Assembly: GCA_004431415.1 (NCBI GenBank)
Contig: QPMI01000168.1
Coordinates: 124,001-188,000 of the forward strand
Direction: 5' to 3'
Origin: Cyanophora paradoxa CCMP329
Taxonomy: Eukaryota > Plantae > Glaucophyta
Length of the DNA: 64,000 nt
Numbering within the stretch: the first letter of the stretch is position 1; the number at the start of each line of letters is the position of its first letter. A program made the position numbers and the translations under genes. The notes under the pieces were generated by a model. It saw nothing but the letters and a program-made list of their open reading frames with translations. It was not told where the DNA came from and made no database searches. This document shows, one piece after another, positions 49,920 through 63,449 of the stretch.

Positions 49920-50702
49920 TTATGACAACGCCCCTAAGTAGTCCTCCTTGATCGAGCCGATAGCAAACTGCGGTGGATCAGCAAAAAGAATGTAACGTGC
50001 GCGTTCCTGGCACGCACAATCTCTGACACATCAACACGGACACCGACAATCTTCAGTCGCACTTCTGTGTCTTTCTGAATTTTCACTGTCTGATCACCCG
50101 AAACATAGCAGGGTGGCGTGCTATGAGGATCGAAAGTCATATCCGTGGGGATGAGCTGTCCGTCGCCATCAGTTAATCAGTGCAGCCGATTCTGGGGCGT
50201 GCCGCACGCGATTCGACACGAATATTTGCAGCGGCCCCGCGTCCGCGAAGAATCCCATCTTGTTAACCTGTTCCCCGACGATGGGCGTGACGACTACTGA
50301 CGCTCAAACGAGAGACAGCGCACTTGGGAAACGACCGCATCGAGGACCTCGCCCTTGAATGGCTTGAAAACGATGGCGCTATACTTCACCTGCCGCGAAT
50401 TCGACCTGGTAGCCACAGCGCGAACGGGTGGCGAGAGCGCACGACGAATACTGCGGCGCCGGTGCCCTCGCGCAGCTTGCCCTCGAGCTTCTCAGCGTTG
50501 CGGATCCCAGTCACTACAACCACGAAGCCATAGCGGCCGGAGCATGTCCCCTCCACCTCCCGTACAAGAGCGCCGACAAGCTCCTTTTTGAGCTTAGGAC
50601 CGAAGAGCTTCGGCTCCAGCGTAATCGTTCGCTCGAGCTCGACCTGCAGGCATGTTCACATTGAGCTGCGGGATCGCGCTCTCCGCGCACGTGAAAGAAC
50701 AT
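49920..50702 (-). CDS. RPB7: RNA polymerase II subunit RPB7
   Basis: MFFH, VEGTCSGRYGF, VFKPFKGEVLDAVV, VNKMGFFADAGPL, VRLKIVG, FAIGSIKEDYLG. Confidence 0.96.
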
Positions 50703-51267
50703 CTTCCTGCTATCCCGTCTGGATCTCGACTAGCACGAGCGCGCCGCCGTGAACTTGCGACCTCGGCGCTGAGCGCGGTGCTGGAGGCTGTCCGCCGCCT
50801 GCAGCGGCGCAAGGATGCCGTGCGCTTCGAGAGCAACGTGCCTGTGCGCCTGCGTCCCTGCTCGAAGTGCTTCTACGGGTCGTCGCGCAGCTTGAGTCCC
50901 TTGTACCCTGGAGAAACCTGCGAGGCTGCATCCGGCGGGCGCGACAGCCACAGTGACAGCGAAATAGCGAGCGAGGAGAAGAAAGCGATCTGGTAAAGAG
51001 CTCTCGATCTGGTGCGCGACCCGAGCACGAGCAAAGCGGCGCGCAGTCGATAGCATCCGCGCAAGGCCGCTGGCGCGCTAGGAAGTGCAATCTAGAAGCG
51101 ACGTGCACGTGCACGGAAGCTCTTAGCTACAGAGAGCTCGCGCGAGCCGCCTCCTGCCTCTCAGCGCGCCGCGAGTTTCTTCTCCGTTTGACGTCGCCTT
51201 CGCCCGAATAGATTTCTCGCGCGCCCTTGAATACATTCAGCCTGAGCGCCAAGCTCGAGGCGCAGGA

Positions 51268-51600
51268 ATGAACCGCGTCGTGCTCGCCAAGGCGCTCGCG
51301 CTCTTTGAGGACGTGCTGACCCGCAAGGTGAGCTGCAGTTCGTCAAGAATGCGATCTAGCTTACAGCGTTTGCAGCTTGTGGAGAGCCCAGCCTTCAGAA
51401 GCCTCGTTCATAAATCCAGCGCCAAGATGGAGGAGATAGCGGCTAAATCCGTGAAGGCACCACTGGAGGCACCTGGAGCCGCGCGGGTGGTGGATGCAGT
51501 TAAACAGGTTCGTTTAGCTCGATTGCCTGATCGCTTCATGGCTTCCACTGACACGCACCTTTTCCGTGAAACAGGAGTTAGAAAGGACGTTCAAGCGTAG
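51268..51600 (+). CDS. Small protein, possibly NCBP2AS2/Mrx7-like
   Basis: Two introns; LTRKLVESPAFRSLVHKS motif. Confidence 0.5.
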   Translation: MNRVVLAKALALFEDVLTRKVSCSSSRMRSSLQRLQLVESPAFRSLVHKSSAKMEEIAAKSVKAPLEAPGAARVVDAVKQVRLARLPDRFMASTDTHLFRETGVRKDVQA

Positions 51601-52147
51601 AGGCCTGTAGCTGGCCGCACCTCCCTTTCCCATCAGACGGGGCGCCCCTCCCCTCGGGGGCCCGCGCGGGTTACGCTCTTTATTTTCCCGAACAGCACGG
51701 GTGTCTGTTTTAAGCGAGGTGGAGTCCTGCTTGAGGCGTAGAAAGAGCAGGTTCGGTGGAAAGAGCGATTTTCCCTGTAACATTACTGTACAATCAAGAC
51801 TGCAGAAGGCCTGCAGCTAGCGCTAGCGCGCTGTGAATCCAGATCTTCGGAAGGCCAACTTGGCAAATTGAATTAAACAAGTTCAACCGTTGCCAAACTT
51901 GAAAGTTGCATTTGTGAGAGCTTACATTTGCTGAGTTGAGAGCAGTGGGCACCTAGAGTCACAGTCATGCTCTGTGACGACAACCGGGGCCTGCATGCGC
52001 CGCCCAGGGCAGATCTCAATTGCAAAAAACGAAGTTCACTGCGTCAAGCTCCGCTTGAGCTTCCCCATGCATTGACCACACCAACAAGTGTTCCGAATCC
52101 TAAAGTACCACTATACATATTCCTCAACAAGATGATTGGAAACATGG

Positions 52148-54254
52148 CTACGGGGACTGCAGAATGTGCTCCGTAGAGCGGCTAGGGGTGTCGAGGCCGA
52201 GAGCAGATAGAGAGAGCTGTGCAGCAAGTGCACGGGGGGCAGGAGATGCGCTGATGTCAGAGATGGAGGAGCTTTCCGATGGGGACAAAGGAGCATCCAG
52301 GGCGGAAGATGCATTTAGTGCTACCTGCCCGTTAAGTGGACCTGCTGCTGCAGCAAAAAGGATGCGGTGGTACGATGCAACACGAGACTCTGCTTGAGCA
52401 ATCTTTGCTCGAACAGCAGCAACCTCGGCCTCGTGACCCTCCTGCATCGCACCAAGCTGCAAAAATCTGGCTTAGAATGGCCTAATGCTCAAGAGAAGCA
52501 GCAAGATCACCTCAGATTCCAGTTTTTGTGCCATGCGCTGGTTTGATTCAACTGCTGCAGCAAGTGCTAATCCACGCTCCTCTGCTGCCCGGAGCTCCAT
52601 CTGAAAAGACATCATGCATGGGAGGGGAAAACATTCCCGAGACATTGAATGTCACCTGGGCCGAAGCCAGAGCTGCCTGAGCTGCTCGCAGTCGCTCCCC
52701 ATGCTTCTCCTTTAGAGCAGTCGAGTTTCCCTGTCACAAGTGTTACAATGGCCAAATAGGCATCACTTGATTTCTATATTGGACCTGGGCAGTCTTCAAT
52801 CGGCGCTGGAGAAGTGCCTCTTCCGTTGACATTTCTGTCAAAGACCGCTCTTTCTGCAGAACAGCATCCTGTGCTTCTTTGACCTGTTTACCAACAGTTA
52901 GGCGAATCAAACAGTACTGTGATGTATAAGCACCTCTGCTGCAACACGTCGCCATTTCCCCATTTCTTCTTCACTTGTGCCAAGGAGCTTCATGCACTTC
53001 GCAACATCCTTTCGAGAGAAGAGTAAGCTAAAGCCACGAACCGGCAAGAGCTTAAGCATTCTTTGAACCTTCTCTATCTTGGCCAGGGCCTCCAGGCGTG
53101 CTTGCAGGTCTCTGGCACGCTTGTCTGCCTCAGCTGTTGCTGTCCGCTCGGAATCCAGTGTGTTTGTCATGTCCTCCAGCGTCTGTTACCCCCTGTCAAC
53201 TGACGTGCAACTGAATTGCCGGGAACACGAGGCACCTTTTTGAAGCGCTGTGGGCTTTGGACTATTTGAGAGCGCATCTTGGAGGTTTCCTGCTTGGTGT
53301 TGACGATGGCGAATTTGCTGTTGCTCTGGAAAGAAACGCCGGATAAATCAGTCAAGTGCGAAGAACATGAATACTCTGAGACAGAAGGGCGCACGATCTT
53401 TTCGGCAAGCTCAGCAGTGGCCTGCTTCAATGTTTTGAGCTCCCCATTGAGGACTGCCTGCTCCCTGTTTGGATACTTAGTATGCTTGTCAAGCCTCGTG
53501 AGAGGATGTGAGTGTTACCTATTCAGAGAATGAATTTCTGTCTCCATCGCTTGTGTTTCCTTCCGCAGACCGTCAATTTGAGGCTCCTCTGCAGCCCTTG
53601 CTGCCCTGCCAGCAGGCGTCAGGCAAGTCACTCGAGATGACGTCGATCGCGAACTTTATTTTACTTATTTGAGTTTCGAGATCATTATTCTCCTGATCAA
53701 GACGCTGCCGGCGCGCAAACAAGTCGTCCTGAGCAAAGTGTCAGCTGTGAAACCCCGTCCAGGGAAGGCACGTACGGTTCTCTCGGTGAGCTCCTTGTAC
53801 TTCTGCATGCGCTCTTCACGGAACTTTACGAAATTGATAATGGCGCTGAAGTTCCGCTGCGTGCGTGCGGGCTCCGGTTTGTGTATATCTCGAATGCTGA
53901 AGTCCCCGACCCCAACAACGGCCATAAGCTTCGCCCTGCGCCGCGCATCAGCCCGCAAACATGCGATGTGCACGGAGAAGCGGGTTCTCACAGCGCTCTC
54001 CAGAAGCCGATTTCGCCGACAGACTCCTCGTGCAGCTCGGGAAACTCGAAGCAATCAAGGCCCGCGAACTGGGCCTGCTGATACTCATCCCTTCTAGATC
54101 CAGTGAGGTACTCGATAAAATACTCGTACAGCGGCTTGACGCTCTCTGGCGTCGGTTTCTGGATGAGGTCGTCGGGCACGCCCTCGAAGTTCAGCTCCCG
54201 GAAGCACTGGATCAGCTCAACCGGCCTAAGAATCGGAAAGCTGTAGTGCGTCAT
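52148..54254 (-). CDS. NUF2: Kinetochore protein NUF2
   Basis: YSFPIL, DDLIQKPTP, FPELHEES, DFSIRDIHKPE..RTQRNFSAIINFVKFREER, IVQSPQR coiled coil. Confidence 0.92.
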
Positions 54255-54563
54255 CGTGCGCCTAGCTACAGCTACGGTGTCCGCGCCAGGTCGCGCTGCG
54301 GTTGACGGAGCTGCGGTCCCTGAAGCGCGTGCTCTCTCTTGGAAAGGGAATCGAGTGCCGGGAACGGATCTCTACGCAGCGCCGTTCTTCGCGCTACCGC
54401 CGGCTACGCTTCGAGGAGCAGACCGTTTTTTGAACGCTTGCCCCCCTCCTGACTGCTGGGTACGCTCAGTCGGCAGGGGTACGCCGAGAGGTCGGCGCAA
54501 CCGGCGCGCTCACAGAGCAGAGCCGCTAGTGCACGTTGGAGCCCTCAGAGAGAGTCTGTCACA

Positions 54564-56722
54564 ATGCCTCCCAAAGATGAGAAGAAGAAGCAGAAGGTCA
54601 TCGAGGACAAGGTGCGCCGTGCGATGGAGAGCTGCGAGCGTCTGCTGGTTGCGAGTGGCAGCGCGCCGTCGCGCGGCGCACGCGCCGAGCGCTCCCTCCG
54701 CCGCGCATGACCGTCGCCGCGCAGACGTTCGGTATGAAGAACAAGAACAAAAGCAGCAAGGTCCAGAAGTTCATTCAAAACCTTCAGCAGCAAGCGAAGC
54801 CGGTGAGTCGCGGTGCAAGATCACGGGACCGCCGCCCAGAGCGCGCGGCGCAGCCCACTGACGCCTATCGTCGAGCGCAGCCTGTGCGCCGTGATCCGAA
54901 TGCCCAGCCGTCGGTGAAGGACAAGAAGGAGGAGGAGAAGAAGCGTCAGCAGGAGCTCCTGATGCTCTTCAAGCCCGTCGTTGAGAAGCAGAAGATTCCT
55001 GCGCCAGGCTCGCACGGCGCTTTCGGGCGGCATGGCTTCGACCAATACGCGATCCGCTGACGGCGCCCCAGGCGAGGATCCGAAGGGTATCATCTGCCAG
55101 TTCTTCAAGCAGGGCCAGTGTCAGAAAGGCAGCAAGTGCAAGTTCAGCCACGATCTCGCGGTCGAACGCAAGGGCGCCAAGATCGACGTATATACCGATA
55201 GGCGTGATGCGAAGGGTTTGCCCGCTTCATTATCGCCTTGCGAAGCGCCTCTCGCTAAACGGGGTCTGAAGATGAGACGATGGAGCAGTGGACGGACGAG
55301 AAACTCCGGGAAGTCGTCGATTCCAAGCAGGGTTCCGAGAACAAGAACCTGCCGACCGCGATTGTTCGTACCGTCCCGCGCAGCTTGCGCGAAATGCCAG
55401 GCTGATCAATTTCCTTCCCTGCGCAGATCTGCAAGTTCTTCCTTCAGGCCATCGAGGACAAGAAGTATGGCTGGTTCTGGGAGTGTCCAAATGGGCCGAA
55501 GTGCCAGTACAGGTCAGGGAGATTCCATTCTCGTCCCTCCCGGTTTGTTTTTTGACAACTTTTCATGCAGGCATGCACTGCCGCCTGGGTATGTGCTGAA
55601 GTCAAAGGATGCCGCAAAGGAGGACGACGAGGATGATGGCTTGACCCTTGATGAGCTGATCGAGGAGGAGGTGCCTCTTGTACTGGCTGTGCGCCATTAT
55701 TCTACTCACCTCCATGTTTGTCCGCGTAGAGGAAGAAGGTTGTTGGCAAAACGTGCGACTCCTTCGAATCTAGACCGCTTTAAGATTGCCTAACGAGTCG
55801 TGCAGGCCTGTGACGTGGGAGACTTTCAAGAAGTGGAAAGAGGAGAAGGAGGCACGCAAGAAGGAGACAGCCGAGAAGGAGGCGCAGGAGAAGAAGGAGG
55901 GCAAGCGCCAGGTACGCTTTCGCATGAAGACATCGACACATGCCTCCAACACTCTGCCAGATGACTGGGCGCGATCTGTTCGTCTTTAATCCCGAAATGT
56001 TCGTTGATGACGACGAGGCCGCCGAGGACGTAAGTAGTTCAACATTAAAGGCGCTTATGTGTTTTACTAATGGTCACTTTGCAGTATGAGCGCGATGAGG
56101 ATGCTGATGCAAGGAACTACGCAAGTGTTCCGGACATCTCGGCGGTGTGGCAGGTCCTGTGTGCTGCATCTGGATTCTCGCGACTCAATTCCGCACCCCA
56201 GAGACCCACGGACTACGGCCGTGAAGATGCAGAGCCGGAGCAGGAGGCAGGACCGAGTACTTCTAGTGGTGCTGGGCCATCCAGGAGCAAAGGGAAAGGC
56301 CCCTTGGACCCGGTTCTGGCTGTGGACGAGTCGCTGTTTGAGGTGTGTGCCTTCGAAGGGGTGTGAAGGGCGATAATGCTTTCGGAATTGGCAACATGAT
56401 GATACCTCTTTTACATTCAAGTAAATCGGCATCGTCTGATTTACCATGCTGTGAAATGGTTTCTGATCTTGCCAATTACATCTCAACTGTCAAGCGATGT
56501 GATGATGAATTATTTAAAACCTGTAAATCGGCATCGTCTGAGTTTTCTGCTGAGATTTGGTTTCTGATACGCTTGACATTTTCGCCCCTATTCTACAGTG
56601 TGATTTCTGCTGCTTTTTCCGCCCTCGTGCTCACATCAATTCTCGTCGAGCAGGGAGCAGACGAGGGTGATCTGGAAGCCGAGGATGTGGATGACGACGG
56701 GGGAGAGGGGGATCCTGGGTGA
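54564..56722 (+). CDS. ZC3H15: CCCH zinc finger protein ZC3H15/Tma46 (DRG family regulator)
   Basis: [68 protein letters not shown]. Confidence 0.95.
56386..56477 (+). ncRNA. Intronic box C/D snoRNA, copy 1
   Basis: 9-bp terminal stem AATTGGCAA/TTGCCAATT, C box ATGATGA 56396-56402, D' CTGA 56436-56439, D CTGA 56463-56466; lies in a 311-nt ZC3H15 intron. Confidence 0.85.
56488..56578 (+). ncRNA. Intronic box C/D snoRNA, copy 2
   Basis: 9-bp terminal stem TGTCAAGCG/CGCTTGACA, C box GTGATGA 56499-56505, D' CTGA 56538-56541, D CTGA 56564-56567; same 15-nt guide as copy 1. Confidence 0.85.
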
Positions 56723-57383
56723 GAGCACCCTCTTTTTGTTTCTATGTGCTGCTGAGTTTCCACCGTGGCACTAGGGACGGTGAGGAAGAGGACGATTGAG
56801 TCTTGTGTGTCGATGATTCTCTCAGGTAGTAATTCTGTAGTTGTTTCAAGTCCAATCTCACTCCAGCTCGTTGCATCTTTGCTCAATCAAAGAACTTGAA
56901 GAGCTCAGCGGAAGAGCTTTCACCGACCCCCCCCCCCCCCCCCCCCCCCAAAAAAAAACCCATAACCCAACCCACACGTGCTAGCGACATAACCCACAGT
57001 GCCCATATGCATACCCGATGGCGCAAGCGCTATCGTTGGCTTCGAAATTTCGTCACTGAGTCAGAGAGAGCTCGAGAGAAAGCATCATGGAGGGGAAGAA
57101 CTGCGAGGGGGGTACGCGCCCGAAGTCTAGAGACGCCCCGCAGTTAGTCGCGGGCGAGCTAGAACAGCGCCAGAGAAGTTCGCGGTGTTGATACGAAGCA
57201 AGCGAAGACCGGAAATCGACGGCGGATCCGGGAGACGCGCCGCTGACCTTTCGGGCCGGAGGGGTTTCTGGGACGCATCGCCCAGAAAGCGCTCGGGCGG
57301 CCGGCCGACCTGAGCCACGAGATTGATAGCGCTCTGGTGCATGCTTTAGCCTCGTCGGGGCCGGCCCGCACGTTCTGTCCGCG

Positions 57384-58948
57384 ATGTTCAAGGCGCTCTT
57401 CAGTAAGCCGTGATCTCAGACGCCGCACCGCTCCAGCTGACACCGTGCGCTCGCTACAGAATCTTCGGCAAAGCCGCAAGGGGTTCGGGGGCCTCAAAAG
57501 CACCTGGAGCATGCAGTCGTGGCGCTGCAGGGACCTGTGCGTCCCTTCGCGCGGCCCGGCTAAACCGGCATTGACTCCCGCGCAGCGCCCGACAATGGAG
57601 GACAGGCACACGATCATGCTAAATGTGAACGCTGGTGCATACGGGGGCGACTGCGGCTTCTTTGGCGTTTTCGACGGGCACGGAGGCGTAGAGGTGCTCA
57701 GAATTGATCTTGCGCGCGTTGAGGGGGGCGGGGCGCAAGCCTTGCGACAACACTCATTCATACGGCGCATGTCTAAACCGCGTATTGCTTCGCAGGCGGC
57801 AGACTACTGCGCGAAGTCACTGTGCACGGCGATTGTCAGCAACAAAAACTTCCCGGCAAACATCTCCGAGGCTATGAAGGAGGGGTTCCGGCAGCTCGAC
57901 GACGACCTCCTCAAGCAGTCGGAAACGATCAACGGGGCGTCCGGCTCGACCGCGACGATCGCGCTTATCACAGACGGCATTATCTACGTGGTGCGTGCGC
58001 GGTTGCGCTCGCACCTCTGCGCGCAGCATATCGCTTAATTCAGTTTTTTCCTCAACAGGGCAACGTAGGAGATAGCCGCTGCGTGCTTTCGCGCGGAGGG
58101 CGCGCCGTTGAGCTGTCGACAGACCACACACCTTTTCGGCCGGACGAGTACACGCGCATCAAGAAAGCAGGTGCGGGGCCGTGTGCTATACAAGAAATTT
58201 GTTTTTTGATCGTTGTTCCAGGCGGCTGGGTCGACGAGTCCGGATACCTGAACGGCTATATTTCCATGTCGCGTGCGATGGGCGACGCGGATTTTAAACA
58301 GTGCTTCCGGTTGCTGTTCCCGGGGCACACCTTCACAGGCCCCCTCCTCATCTCGGAACCCGAGGTCGGCCTTCTGCTTGCCGCTACGTACACGGAAGTC
58401 GCGGGACTCACCTCCGGGTCGCAGATCCACGAGGAGCGCCTCACAGACGAGGACGATTTCCTGATCCTCGCGTGCGACGGTCTGTGGAAGCGCTTGACCA
58501 GCAAAAAGGCGGTCAAGGTCGTGCGGAAGGCGCTTCTGGAGAGCCCCGACGTGCAGCGCGCGGCGGACAAGCTCGTGCAGGAGGCGATCGATTTGCGCAC
58601 GACGGACAACGTGACGGCGATCGTCATCATGCTGCAGCGGCCGCAGTGGATGAAGAGCGACGCAAGCATCTCTGGCGGCAGTGCGCTTGCAGCCGCCCGC
58701 GCTGCTTCGTCCGCCGGTGCCCTCCGTCAAATTCCCCGCTCCCCGTTTCCTTTCGAAAACTGATCACGGTTGCCCTGCCACGTCCAGGCGACCGGGACGG
58801 CGACTCGTCCGCAGAAAATTCTAGACATGGTTCCATGGGGTCTCAGTTTGGGCAGCTATCCATATCAACGCCTACGCAAGGACACAACTCTGCAGATCCG
58901 TCGCCCAAGCCGGCCAAAAAGGGCTTCTTCTCATTCGGCTCAGGATAG
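57384..58948 (+). CDS. Protein phosphatase 2C
   Basis: RPTMEDRH, FFGVFDGHGG, SGSTA, GNVGDSRCVL, SRAMGD, FLILACDGLW, DNVTAIVI. Confidence 0.95.
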
Positions 58949-59875
58949 AGTTTGATATTTTGATAGCATTTGGACCCGAATTCGAATTCAGCAGTAGGCG
59001 GTACGATGACAGCGTTAGCCTATAGCTAGCTTAATATGATAGCAGTTGTTTCATGTAGCTCCCAGCCCCGCGCATGCTAGCGCTGCGGCTGCATTGCTTT
59101 CATCCTTTCGAATTTTGTTTTTCGCAGATCTAGAAGCGTTTTTCCCATGCATTGTTCTTGGTTCTCATGTGAACCATCGAATGTGATGCAGCCGCTGAGC
59201 ACTGCGGCATTTTCCAGTCTTCCGAGTCTGGCATATGCCACTGCAAGTATGTCAAAGTGTTGTCATCGCCAAGTCGATGCCAACGGAAGGTGACCGGTCC
59301 CGGGAAACCAGTCTTGAACTTTTTTCCACTGCGCCACATGCTCTAGATCTCCGGATCCGGTCCACCCTCCTCCGGTCCGCCCAATTGCAAGCCTTTGAAG
59401 AGATTCGAAATCCCGGGCTCGCCGGGGGGGGCGCGCCCTTCCGATCCGAAGTTCGTGCATGGCCATCATGGCATCGCCATGGGCGCACTGCGGCATCCCG
59501 GGCCTCTCCTGCGCTCCGGCCCGGCGGTCCCGCCGCCCGGCGGCCGATACCGCCGCCGATGCATATGCATATGCCGACGCCCATCTGCCGCAGTGCAGAG
59601 CCTCGTGCACTGGGCCACCCGCTGTACCTGCTGCCGCCGGCGCGGGTGCGCTGCAGCTGGGAGACGCTACCCGCTGACGTCCGGGGTCTTACCGAGGCCC
59701 TCCTGCGGAGGCAGCTGGCCCCTTCCTCTCGCAGGCTGATACGGCCCCGGAATACAATGAACCCTGACAAGACCAGAAAATATATTACGAACTAATTCAG
59801 CTAATGGGAAAACCATGTGCAAGCGATCATTACCTACGATTACATAATTCAAGACACTACAGTGAAGGAGCACTC

Positions 59876-61433
59876 TTAGTAGCTTTCTTCGCCGATCTTG
59901 ACGTCGGTGATGGCGGGCGGCGGCGGCATGGACATGGACATGCTGGTCGCCGACTCGAGGTTCTTGCCCTGGCTCTTCGCAGTCCAGCCGAGGACGGCAG
60001 CGTAGATGAAGCAGAAGATCCACTGGAGGATCGTGATGACCGCCATGCCGTACTCGAGGGGAGCGAGGCGCACTTCGCTGTCGCCCTTCTCGATGGTGCC
60101 CACTTCCTCAACGTACTTTGTGTATACGTCAGAGAACTGAGCGAGGATGGCTGGGTCGTTCAGATAAGAAGTTTGAGAGGGAAAGACTTCAGTCCAGACT
60201 GCAGCGCCAAGGATTTGCGCATTGCGCGTGTTGAACTGGATCATGTCCTCCTTCGTGACTCGGACGTTGACCTTGCGGGCGTACTGCAGGAGCCGGCACG
60301 CGAATCCGAACTGGATGGTGTTGAGGGCGAAGACGATGCAGGTGAAGACGAGGAAGACGTTCCAGCTAGCCCTCAGCGCCCGCGACTTGACGCTGAAGTA
60401 CACGGCAAAGAGCGCGTAAACCATGGTCACCGGGCCTGGGCAGGGTTCAGTCGAGGACGACAACGGAGGGACAAAACAAACAGTTCACCAGCGGGGAAGG
60501 CGGCCAGGAAGAGGGTGAAAGTCTGGAGCATGGGCCCCGCAGAAAGGAGCGTGCTGACGATGTACGAGCGCGGGTTCGGGATCTTGATGTCCTTGTAGCC
60601 CGCAGTCAGGAAAGGGGCGTTTTCGAATGAGGCGGACGTCAAGCCCAGCTTGCTTCCGACGTCCAGCACTCTGGCTAGCATGACCTGCCAAGAGGGCGAT
60701 AAGGAAATAGGAAAGAGGAAAGAACTCTGGGCTGCTCGCAAGTGGGGCTTGAAGGTTTCTAGAACAGATCTGAAATAGGATCTAGAAGTCGCTCACCCGG
60801 CCCAGGACATCGTCCTCGTCGTCACGGGGGAACATCTGGGAGACGGTGCCCTGCCGAGAGACTGTGAGCGAGGCGACGCGAGGTGACGGAAAGGACGCAC
60901 TGGCCCTGCGCCGTTGTACATCGCAGCGATACGAAGCTGGTCATCTTGATTCACTCCAGACAGGTACGTGGCTGCGCGAGAGCAGAACATGCTAAGAAAA
61001 AGGACTGTAACAGCAGGGGGGAAGCGAGCGACGGGGCGCAGGCCGGAAGCCACACCGTAGTCAAAGCCGCCCTCTGTGTCGAATGTCAGGCCGAGGGGAC
61101 GATAGCAAAAGGACGCAGTGCTCACCCCAGTAATCGATATAGCGGTAGGTACAGATGAGGTGCACTGCGAACGATGGACTGGGATGAGACCGACCCAGAC
61201 CTGACATGCGAGCCGGAGCGCACCGATGGTGCACATCAGCAGAAACACCGCCGGGACTGCGAGGAGCACGGGCATTAGCTTTGCCCTAGCTCAAACGAGC
61301 GGGCACGTCGATAGAGCGTACTCATAAGCCTGCAGTATTCAAGACAGAAATAAGGTCAGCCGGGCACACGCTGCACGAAATCCGGGCTGCCAACAACTTC
61401 GCACCAGAAAGAACGCTTGTTCCCGTTCGCCAT
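59876..61433 (-). CDS. Unknown multi-pass membrane protein
   Basis: Spliceable model with several hydrophobic segments, GC3-rich terminal exon, C-terminal MPPPP. Confidence 0.6.
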
Positions 61434-61850
61434 GGCTGCAGCGCCCTGCGGAGCGTTCGTTCTGTCAGCCGGGCTGTCCTATACTTGAGATCGTCCATAT
61501 GGGCCGTCGGCGGCGGGCAACGAGCAGCCGGCCTCTATGGACTCGCTGGCCGTATAACGCTGTCTGGAAACCCACTTCATTGGTGGCTAATGACATTGAT
61601 CGAGGTCGGTAAAGGCAGCCGAGCCGACCGACCGACTGTTCTTCGGAGGGTAATGCGGCTAGGAGTCCTTAACGGCGGCGGGAGTCCGCCGGTGATGGGG
61701 GCTCCGGCGAAGAGAACTAGCTAGATTCGAGAGCTGCCCTGAGGCGTCGGCGCACAGGGGCGGCACGAACCGGGAGAGACTACTAGTCTACTACCGGCTG
61801 GGGGGTACAGCCGATCTTCAGCTTGCCAGCCTCCGGCCTCCGTCTCCGCC

Positions 61851-63449
61851 ATGTCGTCGGACGTAGTCGCCCCTCCCACACCCACGGCGCCCGTCGCGCC
61901 GATTCCGCTGCCGGAGAAAGCCGCACCCGCCGCCCCCATCCCCGCCTCGGAAGAAGCGCCCGCTCCCGTCGTCAAGAAACGTGCGCCATATCTTCGTCGC
62001 GGCGGTTTCGGCCTGTGCGGCGGTCGTCGTTTGCCTGACTGGTGGGCATTTCTGCAGCAGCGGCCGCGGCCGCGACGGGGAGCCCTGTCAGCAAGGAGGC
62101 GCAAGACAAGGAGGCGAAAGGTCTTATGGCCGCCAACAAAATTGAGGTAAACTGCGCCGATGCCGCGTCGAGTGAGCGGGCACGTCCCGCGTACGCGGCG
62201 CATTCAGATGACGGCGATACTGCCCGGACGTGCTAGTCTGTGCAGATGTTGCATTTGCTGTGTATGACACGCCCGTAGCTCGATCCGCAGAGCATCATCC
62301 GCTGGAAAAACCCTGCAGTCTCGGGGACCTTCTTCGCCCTCATCAACGTGCGTGGCCGCTCCTTGTGGTGCCCACGAGCGGCTCCAGTAACGCCGCTGTC
62401 TTGCAGGTTGCATGGTATCTGCTCGCCATCCGCGGTGCGCGTCTTGGCCTCGTTGCCTTCGGACGCAGGCCAATCTGCGGTGACAGGCTGGACGCTGATT
62501 TCGCTCGTCTCGTGGATCCTGTTCGCCGAGGTCGCCGTGTGCTTTCTGTGTGAGTGCCGACGCGCGCACTGGCGCCCATCGTTCGCGGCTCCCCGCGCGC
62601 CTCTAGAGACAATAAAATCGGCTGCTGCAGTCGCGTCTGTGATTCGAGCCGCGCGCAGATGTGAACCTCTTCACTGTGATCTCGGAGGTCATTCTGAAGA
62701 AAAGCGTGAAGCGCCCGGTGTCCGGCCGGCAGGTTTTCGTCTCCCCGGATGTCATCCGCAGGTGGGCCTCCCAGGGCTTCCCGGCCCTCCACCGCCGTGC
62801 GCGTGCCCCTGGTATTGCCCAACGGCGCCGCGCGTCCTCCGCAGCCACCTGGACGCCCTCGTGCCCGTCCTGGAGACGGTCGAGAACACTTTCAGTGCGC
62901 CCCGTGCAGTGCGCCCGCCGCCTCTGCCGCTCCGATCTTGAATCCGCGGCAGTGAACCTGCTGCTCGGCACGGACAACCGCCTTGCCCTCCAGGTGCGCC
63001 GCTCTGTCGCCCAGCTCATCCCACCACCTCTCAATTGCTCTCCCCTCGGTTGCAGGGCATGGGCATCCTCCTCGTCACTGCGGGTCAGCCCTCTGCTTTC
63101 ATCACCGCCCCCTCGTCGCAGCGCCAGCCGCCGAGCTGAATTCGATCGTGCTCCCGCGCAGTCCTCGGCCAGTTCTTCTCGATCCTCAACCTCCTCTACT
63201 TCGCGTTCCTCGCCGCTTTCACCCTCCCGAAGCTCTACGAGTCCAAGAAGACCGAGGCGAGTCTACCGTCGTATCCCCTCGATAAATTCTGAGTTACCCG
63301 CGTAGATCGACCGCGCCTTCGACAACGGCATGAAGAAGGCGAGCGAGCTGAGGGCCAAGGCCGTCGAGAAGGCGGGCGACCTCAAGAAGCAGCTCAACGA
63401 CCGCATCCCCCGGGGCGCCAACGTTGCGATTGAGAAGAAGAAGCAGTGA
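61851..63449 (+). CDS. Reticulon-like protein
   Basis: IIRWKNPAVSGTFF, long hydrophobic hairpins, AFTLPKLYE..K.EID. Confidence 0.8.

Noticed and set aside
50730-51056. 108-aa ORF MLSTARRFARAR upstream of RPB7
   Set aside because: No recognisable homology or introns; likely a chance GC-rich ORF or 5' UTR
59235-59795. Overlapping 170-190 aa ORFs between PP2C and the membrane protein gene
   Set aside because: GC-rich, palindrome-laden spacer with no motif support
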